Assembly: GCA_046075565.1 (NCBI GenBank)
Contig: JBJTQJ010000104.1
Coordinates: forward strand, 1 to 64,000
Reading direction: 5' to 3'
DNA from: Verrucomicrobiales bacterium
GTDB lineage: Bacteria > Verrucomicrobiota > Verrucomicrobiia > Verrucomicrobiales > SLCJ01
Length of the DNA stretch: 64,000 bases
The notes beneath the pieces were generated by a model. The model saw only the letters and a list, made by a program, of their open reading frames with translations. It was not told the DNA's origin and did no database searches. Below are positions 1-9,639 of the stretch, piece after piece. Made by a program: the position numbers and the translations under genes. How positions within the stretch are numbered: position 1 is the first letter of the stretch; the number at the start of each line of letters is the position of its first letter.

Positions 1-99
1 CGATGGACACTGCTCTTGACGCGAATTCTGCGCCGATGGCTGGGCGGCAAATGGCTTCCCGGACTACCCGATGAGGCAAAACTGCTCTTGAGCGGATGA
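1..99 (+). CDS. 3' end of a probable transposase (IS1380-like), truncated by window edge
   Basis: Frame +1 reads RWTLLLTRILRRWLGGKWLPGLPDEAKLLLSG-stop(97-99). From memory this resembles C-termini of PVC IS1380-like transposases. It lies ~85 bp from the point where the neighbouring gene loses its expected sequence. Confidence 0.5.
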   Translation, partial: RWTLLLTRILRRWLGGKWLPGLPDEAKLLLSG

Positions 100-186
100 A
101 AATATCCCGCCGAACCTTTCAGATTTTAACATGCCCCGCGCCTCCATCAGAGGTGGCATTCCAACGTGCCCATTTTCCTTTCTAGG
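1..186 (+). mobile_element. Right end of a putative insertion sequence
   Basis: Transposase-like tail followed by a short non-coding stretch ending ...ttttcctttctagg (186), i.e. terminus CCTAGAAAGG on the minus strand. The minus-strand host gene becomes unrelated sequence at this point. Left IR and target duplication are outside the window. Confidence 0.5.
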
Positions 187-867
187 ATAATTGCTCCACA
201 CTTCGCCCCAGACGAGTTGGATGGTCGGGTCCTGCGGTTCGGTATGGAAATTGAACGCACTCACCTGCAGCTTGAGCGGCGGGGTGGTGAAGGCGACTTC
301 GGTGGCGGAGTATTTCATTCCCGTGGCCAAGGCCTGCGGACGCAACGTGACTTTGAAGGCCTGACCGGCTGGCCACCAGCGCGCTTCGGGCAGGAAGAAC
401 AGCTCTTTGTTGTTTTCCCAGGTCCACGAGCCTTTGATGGCCGGGCTAAGGGTTGCCACATCGGTCACCGATTTGCCCACCAGTTCGATGGGCGCGGCGG
501 GAAGAGAAAAGGTGATGCGCAGGGGAAGTGGCGGCACATCCTCGTCTTTCTCCGTCCTTGGAGCTTCCGGCGGAGCGACCACCCCGACAGCGACCTCTTG
601 TTCCGGTTGATAGGCGAACTCACGCGGGCGGTGGCTTTCCCACCACTGCCACCACTTCCAACCACCGAACGACAAAGCAGCGAGAACCGCCACGCTGAGC
701 ATGGCGGCTCTCGGGTTTCGGCGCAGTAGAGCGCCGAAGGCGAGGAATCTTTCCGCCAGCCAGCGCGCCCAAGGAGGCGCCGACCATTGAATTTTGCCAA
801 AAAGAAAGCCGGCCAATTGGCCGACTACGCGCGACAATCCCCCGAGGGGGCCAGTGGTTGTTTTCAT
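184..867 (-). pseudogene. N-terminal part of an alpha-2-macroglobulin-family protein, interrupted
   Basis: N-terminus GKIQWSAPPW, TM helix, then LRITFSLPAAPIELVGK, LSPAIKGSWTW, LFFLPEARWWPAGQAFKV, FTTPPL, SNYP, typical of large bacterial a2M proteins. The ORF is only 267 aa and its last ~39 aa derive from the putative IS. Confidence 0.65.
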
Positions 868-1148
868 GGAGTTGGGATCTACCCATCGAAAGAACGCGAA
901 ACCTTTCGGAAAATTTTTTCTACATGTAAAAAACTTTAACGGCTTTCATCGCTTCGCGAAAAGATGGCAACTTGCGGTGAATCTGCTCCTAACAGACACA
1001 AGCCAAGACTCCAACATCATGGCGTGACTCAAAGGCTCCAAGGTGAAGCTTGCCATGGGCACACCGCGCTTTGCCGCAAGGTATGCCTGAAGCTTTCGCC
1101 GCCGGCCAAGGCATCCCCGCCGAGCGGGTGCCGCGCGTTGGGTGCCAA

Positions 1149-2210
1149 TCAGGGCTGGACCCGGCGCAGTTTGGTCACGCGTCCGGATTGGTTCCAGTCC
1201 TGGACGTAGAGGTCGCCCTTGGCTGCAAAGCCAAGCCCGTGGGGAGCGGTGAAGATGCCCGGCGTTTGTTCCTCGGGTTTGACCTTGAAGTTGGCCCACT
1301 GGGCTTTGTTCGGGTTGTCGCCGAGGAAGGCGATGGGATTGCCGTCCTTGTCGAGGATGGTCACGCGGGCTTCCAGTTCGGCCACGGCGAGATGTTCGCC
1401 CAGCGGAGAAACCGAGCAAGGGCGGCGGAGACCGATGGCATGCACGGCAATGAAATTGCCTTCCAAGTCGTGGTGGACGAGGCGGCGGTTCTCACGGTCG
1501 GCCACGAGCAGGCGCGCCGGTTCAAACCGGGTGTCCACCCAAAGACCATGGCAAGTTTGGAACTGCCCGTCGCCTTTGCCTTTTTCACCGAAACTCTTCA
1601 ACAGTTTGCCGGTCGCGTCGAACTTGTGGATCTTCTGTGAACCGTATCCACAGGCCGCGAAAATCGAACCATCGGGAGCCACCGCCACGGCGGTCAAGCC
1701 ACCCCATCCGCCCGGCACCTCGCCGGTTTGTGCGTTCGGGATCTCCAACGCGAGTTTGCCATCGGTGTCGATTTTGCAGACCCGGAAAGGCGTGGTGGGT
1801 TGACCGGCTTTTTTGCGTTCGGTATTGCCCCCTCCGTTGTTTTGCGCGCCGTAGATGTAAGTCGTGCCATTTTCCTCCCGGATCTGCATGGCATGGAAAC
1901 CCTGGCAGTCGGGCGCGATGGTCTTCACGAAGGTGCCATCCGCTTCCCAGACGATGATGGACATCTTATTGTCGGTGCTGAGGTAAACCCGTTCGTCGGG
2001 ACCAACGAGCACGGATCCGTGGGTCGGTCCGATGGGTGCGTCGTTGGGGATCTTGCCCCATCCAGGAACCACTTCGAAAGTAAAGGCGCCATTGCCGGTG
2101 CGGACGGCGTGTTGGTGATCGGCACCGGGAGCCGTGCCGTGATCCGGATGGGCGGCGATGGTTTGGATGGCGAGGAGTAGAGCGGCGAAAGAGTAGGGGA
2201 GTTTGGCCAT
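1149..2210 (-). CDS. Secreted NHL-repeat beta-propeller protein (peptidylglycine lyase-like)
   Basis: Signal peptide; NHL motifs GYGSQKIHKFD, FGEKGKGDGQFQTCHGL, LLVADRENRRL, FTAPHGL, YVQDWN. Confidence 0.85.
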   Translation of the reverse strand: MAKLPYSFAALLLAIQTIAAHPDHGTAPGADHQHAVRTGNGAFTFEVVPGWGKIPNDAPIGPTHGSVLVGPDERVYLSTDNKMSIIVWEADGTFVKTIAPDCQGFHAMQIREENGTTYIYGAQNNGGGNTERKKAGQPTTPFRVCKIDTDGKLALEIPNAQTGEVPGGWGGLTAVAVAPDGSIFAACGYGSQKIHKFDATGKLLKSFGEKGKGDGQFQTCHGLWVDTRFEPARLLVADRENRRLVHHDLEGNFIAVHAIGLRRPCSVSPLGEHLAVAELEARVTILDKDGNPIAFLGDNPNKAQWANFKVKPEEQTPGIFTAPHGLGFAAKGDLYVQDWNQSGRVTKLRRVQP

Positions 2211-2218
2211 GGCGCGCG

Positions 2219-2247
2219 ATTCTAGAACGCGATGTCAGGGACAACAA
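2219..2247 (-). promoter_or_regulatory. Putative sigma70 promoter, near-leaderless, for the NHL gene
   Basis: Minus strand TTGTTG-17 bp-TAGAAT, 8 nt before ATG at 2210. Confidence 0.5.
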
Positions 2248-2310
2248 GGAAATTCGGAGAAATTCCACACTGGCGAGGGCTGGGCGGATGTGGCATCGTC
2301 GCCGTCGTTC

Positions 2311-4320
2311 ATGGCAAGGCAATACAAACTCCAGGGCAAGGGCCCGGCCACCCGTTCGGGCATCGATTACCGGTCCGAACTGAATGACGCGCAATACGCC
2401 GCCGTTACCAGTTGGCCGCCGGGCCCGTCGATTGTGCTCGCCGGGGCGGGCAGCGGGAAAACCCGCGTGCTTACCTACCGGGTAGCTTGGTTGTTGGACC
2501 GCGGGCTTCCTCCTTCCTCGATCCTCCTGCTCACTTTCACGAACAAAGCGGCGCGCGAGATGATCGAACGCGTAGAGCACCTCCTGCCATTCGATATCTC
2601 CGGACTCTGGGGTGGCACCTTCCACTCCATTGGCAACCGTTTGCTCCGCCGCCATGCCGACCTCATCGGCTGGAGCCAGGGGTTCTCGATCATGGATCGC
2701 GAGGACCAGAAGGATTTGCTCGGTTCGGTGATTGCCGCCGCCGGAATCGAGCCGAAACAGGAACGCTTTCCCAAAGCCGAGGTCGTGGGCGATATCCTGA
2801 GCCTCGCCGTCAACACGGGGGCGGAAATCGGCGAAGTGCTGGAGGCTCGTTACGAGTATTTCGCCCACTTCGAAGAAAAGATATCCCGCGTGGCCGCACT
2901 CTATCTGGAGAAAAAGCAGTCCACCAACTGCATGGACTTCGATGATCTGCTCGTGCAGTCGGTCGCTCTGCTGCGGGACAATGCGGAGGTGCGGGAGAAC
3001 TACCGGAAACGATTCCAGTTCGTGCTGGTGGATGAATTCCAGGACACGAATGCCGTGCAATCCGAATTCATCGAACTGCTCACCGCCGACGGCGGGGGCA
3101 GCCTGATGGTCGTCGGCGACGACGCGCAGTCGATCTACTCGTGGCGGGGTGCGGACTGCGAAAATATCCTCGCTTTTCCGGAGCAGCATCCCGGGTGTTC
3201 GATGCACCGCATCGAGACGAACTACCGCAGCGTGCCCGAGGTGCTCGTGCTGGCCAACGCCTCCATCGCGCGGAATGAACGGCAGTTCCCGAAGAATCTC
3301 GTGGCCGCGCGGGCGGCATCCAACGAAAAGCCCGCGCTCGTCCCGCTCCAGGACCCGCGCCAGCAGGCCCGCTTCGTTGCCGATCGCGTGCTCGAACTAC
3401 GCGACGAGGGCATGCCGCTTTCCGAGATGGCCGTGCTCTACCGCGCCCATTTCCATTCCATGGATGTCCAGCTCGAGCTGACCGCCCGCGGTATCCCGTT
3501 CCGCATCACGAGCGGGTTGCGGTTCTTCGAGCAGGCCCACATCAAGGATGTCGCGGCTTTCCTCCGCCTGGCCTTGAACCCGCGCGACGAGGTCGCCTTT
3601 TTCCGCCTTGTCCGGCTCTTGCCCGGCATCGGCACGAAATCGGCCGAAAAAATGTGGACCCAATGGCTGAACGCCACCGCCGGAGGAGGAACGCGCCGCC
3701 ACGAGAAGATTTTCGATTCGATCAAGGTGCCCGCGAAAGCCGCCACCGATTGGAAACAACTCGCCTATACCATGGACGAGATTGTGCACGAAGACGGCAC
3801 CCTCGCCAAACCGGTCGAGGCCCTCAAGTCCGTGACCATGGGCATCTACGACGACTGGATGAAGGCGAAGTTCACCAACTACCCGTCCCGCAAACAAGAT
3901 CTCGAACAACTGAGCCTCTTCGCCGCCGGCCATAACGACCTCGAGGCCCTGCTCGCCGAACTCAGCCTGCTCTCCGGGGTCGATGTCGCCGCCGATGGGC
4001 GACAGGAGCAGGACAAGGAAATGCTCACCCTGAGCAGCGTGCACCAGGCCAAGGGCCTCGAATGGAAAGCCGTTCTCCTCATCTGGCTGGCCGAGGGCAT
4101 GTTCCCCAACGCCCGGGCCATGGGGGATGACGACTCCACCGGCATCGAGGAGGAACGCCGCCTCTTCTATGTCGCCGCCACCCGGGCCAAGGACCTGCTC
4201 CACCTCTGCTACCCGGTGCTCTGGCCGGGCAACCATTCCGGCGACATCCTCCAGCGCCCGTCGCAATTCATCGTCGAATTGCCCGCCGAACTCATGGAAA
4301 CCTGGGAAGTGGAAGAGTAG
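2311..4320 (+). CDS. pcrA: ATP-dependent DNA helicase UvrD/PcrA family
   Basis: SF1 motifs AGAGSGKT, TFTNKAA, VDEFQD, VGDDAQSIYSWRGA, NYRS, SSVHQAKGLEW, EERRLFYVAATRAK. Start set at ATG 2311 (MARQYKL). Confidence 0.93.
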   Translation: MARQYKLQGKGPATRSGIDYRSELNDAQYAAVTSWPPGPSIVLAGAGSGKTRVLTYRVAWLLDRGLPPSSILLLTFTNKAAREMIERVEHLLPFDISGLWGGTFHSIGNRLLRRHADLIGWSQGFSIMDREDQKDLLGSVIAAAGIEPKQERFPKAEVVGDILSLAVNTGAEIGEVLEARYEYFAHFEEKISRVAALYLEKKQSTNCMDFDDLLVQSVALLRDNAEVRENYRKRFQFVLVDEFQDTNAVQSEFIELLTADGGGSLMVVGDDAQSIYSWRGADCENILAFPEQHPGCSMHRIETNYRSVPEVLVLANASIARNERQFPKNLVAARAASNEKPALVPLQDPRQQARFVADRVLELRDEGMPLSEMAVLYRAHFHSMDVQLELTARGIPFRITSGLRFFEQAHIKDVAAFLRLALNPRDEVAFFRLVRLLPGIGTKSAEKMWTQWLNATAGGGTRRHEKIFDSIKVPAKAATDWKQLAYTMDEIVHEDGTLAKPVEALKSVTMGIYDDWMKAKFTNYPSRKQDLEQLSLFAAGHNDLEALLAELSLLSGVDVAADGRQEQDKEMLTLSSVHQAKGLEWKAVLLIWLAEGMFPNARAMGDDDSTGIEEERRLFYVAATRAKDLLHLCYPVLWPGNHSGDILQRPSQFIVELPAELMETWEVEE

Positions 4321-4422
4321 CATCCCTTGGCTGATTGGCCCGTCCTACGGGACGCATTGGGACTCACGGCCTGCCGGGAATCGGGGGCGCCGCCGCGTTG
4401 GGGAAAGAGGATCCACCCCGGA

Positions 4423-4531
4423 AAAGTGCGACGGTCATAGACACGCCGCTACAGGTTTGGATCGGCTGCCGCCGATGAACAACGCCCCGGCTTTTCATCC
4501 TCAATTGTAGCGGCGTGTCTATGACCGCCGG
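4423..4531. repeat. REP-like inverted repeat pair, family A (TGTAGCGGCG...)
   Basis: cggtcatagacacgccgctaca (4432-4453) is the exact reverse complement of tgtagcggcgtgtctatgaccg (from 4506); both units recur at 20180-20267. Confidence 0.85.
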
Positions 4532-4621
4532 TAGCTTTCTCTGGTGGCAAGATCTACCGATGCCCGAACGATTGGAGAATGCCGATGATGGACGCGCTTT
4601 GCTCGGTCCGCTTTCTGGAGT

Positions 4622-4832
4622 GTGCCACCGGCATCCTGCCGGTGCGTTCCGGAATCCACAGGCCCGCTGTCATCTCCGGGCCATGACGGGCAACCGGGAC
4701 GCCTGTGGCAGGCTCCTGAGGATTGCGCTTGGGTCGCCGTTGTATTGGAGTGCGCCGGCATCGACGGCGCTTTCGGGGATGAAGCTTCACCCGCCAAGAG
4801 CGGTGTCGTGCTTCGCGTGCCCCCGCACTCCG
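4622..4832. repeat. Cluster of further REP-like palindromes
   Basis: Hairpin caccggca-tcc-tgccggtg (within 4622-4644) with a degenerate inverted partner at 4691-4710; inverted pair ggagtgcg (4747) ... cgcactcc (4831). Confidence 0.6.
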
Positions 4833-4893
4833 ACACAGCTGCATTGTCCGGTCCAGCCATTCGGGCCAGCCCGGGGTTGCATCGGGCGGCGGA

Positions 4894-4913
4894 TTGTGAC
4901 AATTTCGTCACAC
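4894..4913 (+). promoter_or_regulatory. Pho-box-like operator upstream of the Na/Pi cotransporter
   Basis: TTGTGACAATTTCGTCACAC, 19/20 identical to the reverse complement of 13210-13229; 7-mer repeats at 11-bp spacing. Confidence 0.75.
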
Positions 4914-4917
4914 TCGC

Positions 4918-6684
4918 ATGTTCCTCGCTTCGATTACCCCCTGGTCCCTCACCACTTCTTTGTTCACCATCCTTGGTTCCCTCGGGGTTTTCCTCTACGG
5001 AATGAAGGTCATGTCGGAGGGCATCCAGAAGGTGGCGGGCGAAAAAATGCGCTCGGCGCTCTCGAAAATGACCGCCAACCGCCTGAGCGGGGTCTTCACC
5101 GGCTTTTTTATCACCTCCGTCATTCAGTCCTCCTCGGCCACGACCGTGCTGGTCGTATCCTTTGTTCACGCCGGACTTTTGACCCTCGTCGAGGCCATCG
5201 GGGTCATCATGGGGGCCAACCTCGGGACGACCATCACCGCCTGGATCGTGGCGGCCACGGCCAAATTCCAGGTTTCGACCATCGCCCTCCCGCTCATCGG
5301 TATCGGTCTGCCCTGTTTGTTTCTCGGAAAGGACAAAGGGAAAAGCTGGGGGGAAACGCTCATCGGATTCGGACTCCTGCTCTTCGGGCTCGGCCTGCTC
5401 AAGGATTCCGTGCCGGACGTGCGCACGCTGATGAAGGAAGATCCGGAAGTGGCGAAACAGATCGAAGGAATCATGCGCGGTTTCGGTGGCCACGGTTTCG
5501 GCTCGGTCCTCCTCTTCCTGTTCGGGGGCCTGGTGCTGACCCTGCTTGTGCAATCGTCCTCGGCGGCCATGGCCATCACCGTCACCTGCGCGCTCAGTGG
5601 TTGGTTGGGCGACATCCAAGCCGACCCGTTGCTTGTCTTCCGCAACAGCGCCGCCATCGTGCTCGGGGAGAACATCGGCACCACCGTCACCGCCTGGCTC
5701 GCCGCCCTGCCCGCCAATACCGCCGCCAAACGCGCGGCCCGGGCACACTTCTTGTTCAATGTGATCGGGGTTTGCTGGATGCTGGTGGTTTTCCTCCCCT
5801 TCACCCAGATGGTGTGGAAGATGGCCGGCTATCTGCCGGAATCTCTGCGCGCGGCGGACAAAGCTTTCCAGAAATCGGAAATCGCCTTTGCCACCGCGAT
5901 ATTCCATAGCGCCTTCAATTTCACCAACATCTGTATCCTCATCTGGTTCGTGCCCCAGTTCGCGAAGCTGGTGGAGCGGCTGGTGAAGGAAAAAGCGGGC
6001 GAGCAAACCAAACCCCATCTGTCCTACCTGTCTGGCAACATCGTCGGTCTTGGCGAGCTGAACCTCGCGGAAGCGGAAGCGGCCACGAACCGTATGGCCG
6101 GCCTCGCCTCGGAAATGTTCAACGGCTTCACCGAAGTCGTGGAGAAACCGGGCGAGGATCTTTCGGTCATGGTCGCCGGATTGAAAAAGATGGAAGAGAC
6201 CTGCGACAGCCTTTTGCAGGATACCACCGCCTACCTCATCCAATGCTCGGCCCATGAAATCGGAGCGGGCAACGCGGAGCGTGTGACCAAACTCCTGCGC
6301 GCGGTTTCCGAATACGAGGAGGCCACCGATCGCATCTATCGGCTCGTGAAAACCGTGCAGCGGAAATACAAGCAGGGCCAAGACTTCACCGAAGGCCAGC
6401 ACCGCGACCTCCGCGCCATTGCCATGGAGGTGCGGGCCTCCCTCGACCTGGCCGCAAATTCCCTTTCCGCCGCCGATGCGGGGCTCCTCGAAACCGCCCA
6501 CGCCGTCGAAGACCGTGTCGATGCCCTGCGCAAACGCCAAAATGCCGAGGCCGCGCGCCGCATGCAGGCCGGTGGCAATGTGCAGGCGGAAATGCTCTAT
6601 ATCGACATGAACAACCACCTCGAGGCGGTGGCCAACCACACCCTCAACATCGTGCAGACCATGGCCCAGGCCGTGAAAGCGTGA
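4918..6684 (+). CDS. Na+/phosphate cotransporter (NptA/YjbB family) with PhoU-like C-terminal domain
   Basis: Two QSSS repeats (VIQSSSATT, LVQSSSAAM), MGANLGTTITAW and LGENIGTTVTAW; helical soluble C-terminus. Confidence 0.93.
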   Translation: MFLASITPWSLTTSLFTILGSLGVFLYGMKVMSEGIQKVAGEKMRSALSKMTANRLSGVFTGFFITSVIQSSSATTVLVVSFVHAGLLTLVEAIGVIMGANLGTTITAWIVAATAKFQVSTIALPLIGIGLPCLFLGKDKGKSWGETLIGFGLLLFGLGLLKDSVPDVRTLMKEDPEVAKQIEGIMRGFGGHGFGSVLLFLFGGLVLTLLVQSSSAAMAITVTCALSGWLGDIQADPLLVFRNSAAIVLGENIGTTVTAWLAALPANTAAKRAARAHFLFNVIGVCWMLVVFLPFTQMVWKMAGYLPESLRAADKAFQKSEIAFATAIFHSAFNFTNICILIWFVPQFAKLVERLVKEKAGEQTKPHLSYLSGNIVGLGELNLAEAEAATNRMAGLASEMFNGFTEVVEKPGEDLSVMVAGLKKMEETCDSLLQDTTAYLIQCSAHEIGAGNAERVTKLLRAVSEYEEATDRIYRLVKTVQRKYKQGQDFTEGQHRDLRAIAMEVRASLDLAANSLSAADAGLLETAHAVEDRVDALRKRQNAEAARRMQAGGNVQAEMLYIDMNNHLEAVANHTLNIVQTMAQAVKA

Positions 6685-6819
6685 TGAGGTAAGAGTGGGG
6701 AGAACGGGAGGCAAGTCGGAAGGCTTCATCGAGCGATCCCGGGAAGCATTGTCAGCAGGGTAGTGCAACCAAATGCGTCACCGATTGTCTGGCGCTGAAC
6801 TTCGGACTACGGTCTGAAC

Positions 6820-6901
6820 TCCAACGGGGTTCCGCCCCAAAGCCCGGGGTAGCCCCGCACGCGGGGCAACCCCGGGCTCCGGGACACAATCCCTTTGGGA
6901 T
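6820..6901. repeat. Long GC-rich palindrome (REP-like, possible bidirectional terminator) between convergent genes
   Basis: agcccggggtagccccgc-ac-gcggggcaaccccgggct (6841-6878), 18-bp stem with one mismatch. Confidence 0.7.
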
Positions 6902-6998
6902 AAGGCAATCCCTGCGAGATGGCTAAGGCAAGTGGGACTAAACCCCATCAGAAGCAACCATGGCCCGACTGAAAATCCGTTCTCGGTCCGCCCCCCCC

Positions 6999-7760
6999 TC
7001 ACGAGAACTTTCCGGAAATATAGGCTTCCGTGCGTTCTTCCCGCGGGTCTTCGAAGAGTTGGAGCGTGGGGGCAAGCTCGATGAGACGACCGAGGTAGAA
7101 AAAGGCCGTGCGGTCGGAGCAACGCCGGGCCTGCTGCATGTTGTGGGTCACGATCACGATGGTGAATTCCCGTTTCAGTTCGGCGAGCAACTCTTCGATC
7201 TTGAGCGTGGCGACCGGATCGAGGGCAGCGCATGGCTCGTCCATGAGAAGAATCTGCGGTCGATTCGCGATGGCGCGCGCGATGCAGAGCCGTTGTTGTT
7301 GTCCGCCGGAAAGTCCGTAGGCGCTTTCGTGAAGTTTATCCTTCACTTCATCCCAGAGGGCGGCCTTGCGCAGGCTGCTTTCGACCACGGGATCGAGTTC
7401 CGCCTTGCGGTTGCGCCCGGCCACCCGCAACGAGAAGATGACATTCTCATAGATGCTTTTCGGGAAGGGATTGTATTTCTGGAAGACCATGCCCACCCGT
7501 TTGCGCAGGGAAATCACCTCGACATCGGGGGCGTAGAGGCTGGTGCCGTCGATGCGGATGTCCCCGAGATGGCGGGTGTTGTCCACGAGATCATTCATGC
7601 GGTTCATGTTGCGCAAGAGGGTGGTCTTGCCACAGCCCGAGGGACCGATGAAGGCGGTAATCTGCCGCTCCGGGACATCCATTTGGATCTCATGGAGGGC
7701 CTGCTTCTGGCCATACCAGAAGGAGAAATTTTCCACGGCGATGAAAGCTGGGTTGTTCAT
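6999..7760 (-). CDS. pstB: Phosphate ABC transporter ATP-binding protein
   Basis: [61 protein letters not shown]. Confidence 0.97.
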   Translation of the reverse strand: MNNPAFIAVENFSFWYGQKQALHEIQMDVPERQITAFIGPSGCGKTTLLRNMNRMNDLVDNTRHLGDIRIDGTSLYAPDVEVISLRKRVGMVFQKYNPFPKSIYENVIFSLRVAGRNRKAELDPVVESSLRKAALWDEVKDKLHESAYGLSGGQQQRLCIARAIANRPQILLMDEPCAALDPVATLKIEELLAELKREFTIVIVTHNMQQARRCSDRTAFFYLGRLIELAPTLQLFEDPREERTEAYISGKFS

Positions 7761-7773
7761 GCGCTGGGTCCGG

Positions 7774-9630
7774 TCAGAAGGTGCTCGCCTTGTATTTGTC
7801 GCGCAACCAGTTGCGGAGGCGGATGGCCGCGACGTTCATGATGATGACAAGTAGGATGAGGAAAAGGGTGGTGGCGAAAAGCACCGGGCGGGCGGCATCG
7901 GCATCCGGCGACTGGAAGCCGAGATCATAAATGTGGAATCCGAGGTGCATGAATTTGCGGTCGGCATGGATGAACGGGAATTCGCCATCCAAGGGCAGGG
8001 TGGGGGAAAGTTTCACCACGCCTGTTAGCATGAGGGGGGCTACTTCACCCGCGCCCCGGGCCATGGCGAGGATGACTCCGGTCATGATTCCGGGCAAGGC
8101 GCTGGGAAGCACTACTCGCTGGATGGTTTGCCATTTCGAGGCCCCGCAGGCGAGAGCGGCTTCGCGTGCGCCCTTGGGCACGGCCGCGAGAGCTTCCTCA
8201 GAGGCGACAATCACCACGGGCAAGGTCATGAGCGCCAGGGTGAGCGAGGCCCAGAGGATACCGCCCGTGCCGAAGACCGGCTCGGCGGAGTCGGGATAGA
8301 AGCCATGGAAATACGGACACGTGGCGGCGAGATAAACGAGCAAGGCGGCGGAGAGCACCCAGAGAGAGGTGGCGGCGGGATGGACCGGACGAATGGCGGT
8401 CGAACTGCGGATGGAAAAGATGATGGTGATGAAGAAGAAGGCGGTGGCAAAGGTAGCCGTCCAGAGCCACGGCCCGGTATCAATCGCCTCCCGCGGCCCG
8501 CGATCGATGTAGTAACCGAGTCCGTAGAGGAAAAACCCGACACCGAAGACACCGAAGACAATCGAGGGAACGCCGGCGAGATTGTTCACGCAGATGCGCA
8601 CGAGTCGGACGAGCGGCCCCTGGTGGGCGTATTCGCGCAGGTAGATGGCAGCGACCACGCCAAGAGGTGTGACGAGCAGGCTCATGAGCACGGTCATCAC
8701 GAAGGTGCCGAAGATGGCGGGGAAGATGCCGCCTTCGGTGTTGGCCTCGCGTGGATTTTCGGTCAGGAAGGTATGAATGGCGGAGAAGAAGTGGGCGATC
8801 TGGGCGCCGGTGCCCATCTCGTTGGGGAAATGGAAGTTCACGATGTTGCCCAGAGGGATCCGGTTCTCTTTCCCGTCGGCGAGACGATAAACGAATTGGT
8901 CGGCGGCGAGCTTTGTTCGCATCTCCTGGGCGCGGCCCATGAGTTCGGAGATGGGAGCTTCTTTGACTTTCCGTTCCGCTTCGAGTTCGGCAAGGCGGGC
9001 TTGTAGAGCGACCGGGTCGGCGGCAAGCTCGCGTTTGGCTTTGCGGGCTTCGACTTCGAGGTCGCGCAGCTCGCGGCTGGCCTTGCCGATTTCCTTTTTC
9101 TCGAGAGTCTCCAGTTCTCCGCGCAGATCATTGGCCGCGTTCACCCGTTCGGTGAGGGTTTTTCGGAACTCCGGTGCCGTCGCTTCCACGCGTTGCCCGC
9201 CCGCCGGTTCCACTGCGACGGGAAAACCGATCAGATCGCCGTATTCCATCCGTTCCGCGACCATGATGCCCGCCGCCACTTCGCGCGAGATCACATTCTT
9301 CTTGTCCACGAAACGGAAGGCTTGTCCGTTCAATTCGCGGTTACCGAGGAACAATTGGATCTCCTCCAGTTCAGCCGCGTCACCCGGCAGCTTGCGCGAT
9401 TGCTCGCGGGTGACCTCGGCAATCAGAACGATCGGCGGAGCACCCTCGGCGTCGGCCTTGATGGTCACCTTCTCAATCTTCGCCGGCCAGAAGACCGCGA
9501 GCCCTTGGGTCAACACCAGCAACAACAAACACGCGACCATGAGCAAGCCGAGCAACAAGCCCATGCCGGTCAGCCAGATCCGGGTTTCTCCGGATTGGCG
9601 GCGGGGGCGTTCGCTCGTGGTCGGGGTCAT
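7774..9630 (-). CDS. pstA: Phosphate ABC transporter permease PstA, long form
   Basis: [58 protein letters not shown]; large N-terminal soluble coiled-coil domain. Confidence 0.95.
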   Translation of the reverse strand: MTPTTSERPRRQSGETRIWLTGMGLLLGLLMVACLLLLVLTQGLAVFWPAKIEKVTIKADAEGAPPIVLIAEVTREQSRKLPGDAAELEEIQLFLGNRELNGQAFRFVDKKNVISREVAAGIMVAERMEYGDLIGFPVAVEPAGGQRVEATAPEFRKTLTERVNAANDLRGELETLEKKEIGKASRELRDLEVEARKAKRELAADPVALQARLAELEAERKVKEAPISELMGRAQEMRTKLAADQFVYRLADGKENRIPLGNIVNFHFPNEMGTGAQIAHFFSAIHTFLTENPREANTEGGIFPAIFGTFVMTVLMSLLVTPLGVVAAIYLREYAHQGPLVRLVRICVNNLAGVPSIVFGVFGVGFFLYGLGYYIDRGPREAIDTGPWLWTATFATAFFFITIIFSIRSSTAIRPVHPAATSLWVLSAALLVYLAATCPYFHGFYPDSAEPVFGTGGILWASLTLALMTLPVVIVASEEALAAVPKGAREAALACGASKWQTIQRVVLPSALPGIMTGVILAMARGAGEVAPLMLTGVVKLSPTLPLDGEFPFIHADRKFMHLGFHIYDLGFQSPDADAARPVLFATTLFLILLVIIMNVAAIRLRNWLRDKYKASTF

Positions 9631-9639
9631 GAAGATCGG

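Noticed and set aside
940-1148. Possible riboswitch or small ORF
   Set aside because: No recognisable aptamer consensus or convincing coding signal
2203-2310. N-terminal extension of the helicase in the ORF track
   Set aside because: Overlaps the divergent gene's start and promoter; ATG 2311 is more plausible
4423-4832. Possible CRISPR array
   Set aside because: Repeats are inverted and heterogeneous with no regular spacers; no cas genes
1966-6768. Long antisense ORFs (1966-3207, 3397-4323, 4519-6768)
   Set aside because: Shadows of pcrA and the Na/Pi gene, expected with GC-rich codon bias; no motifs
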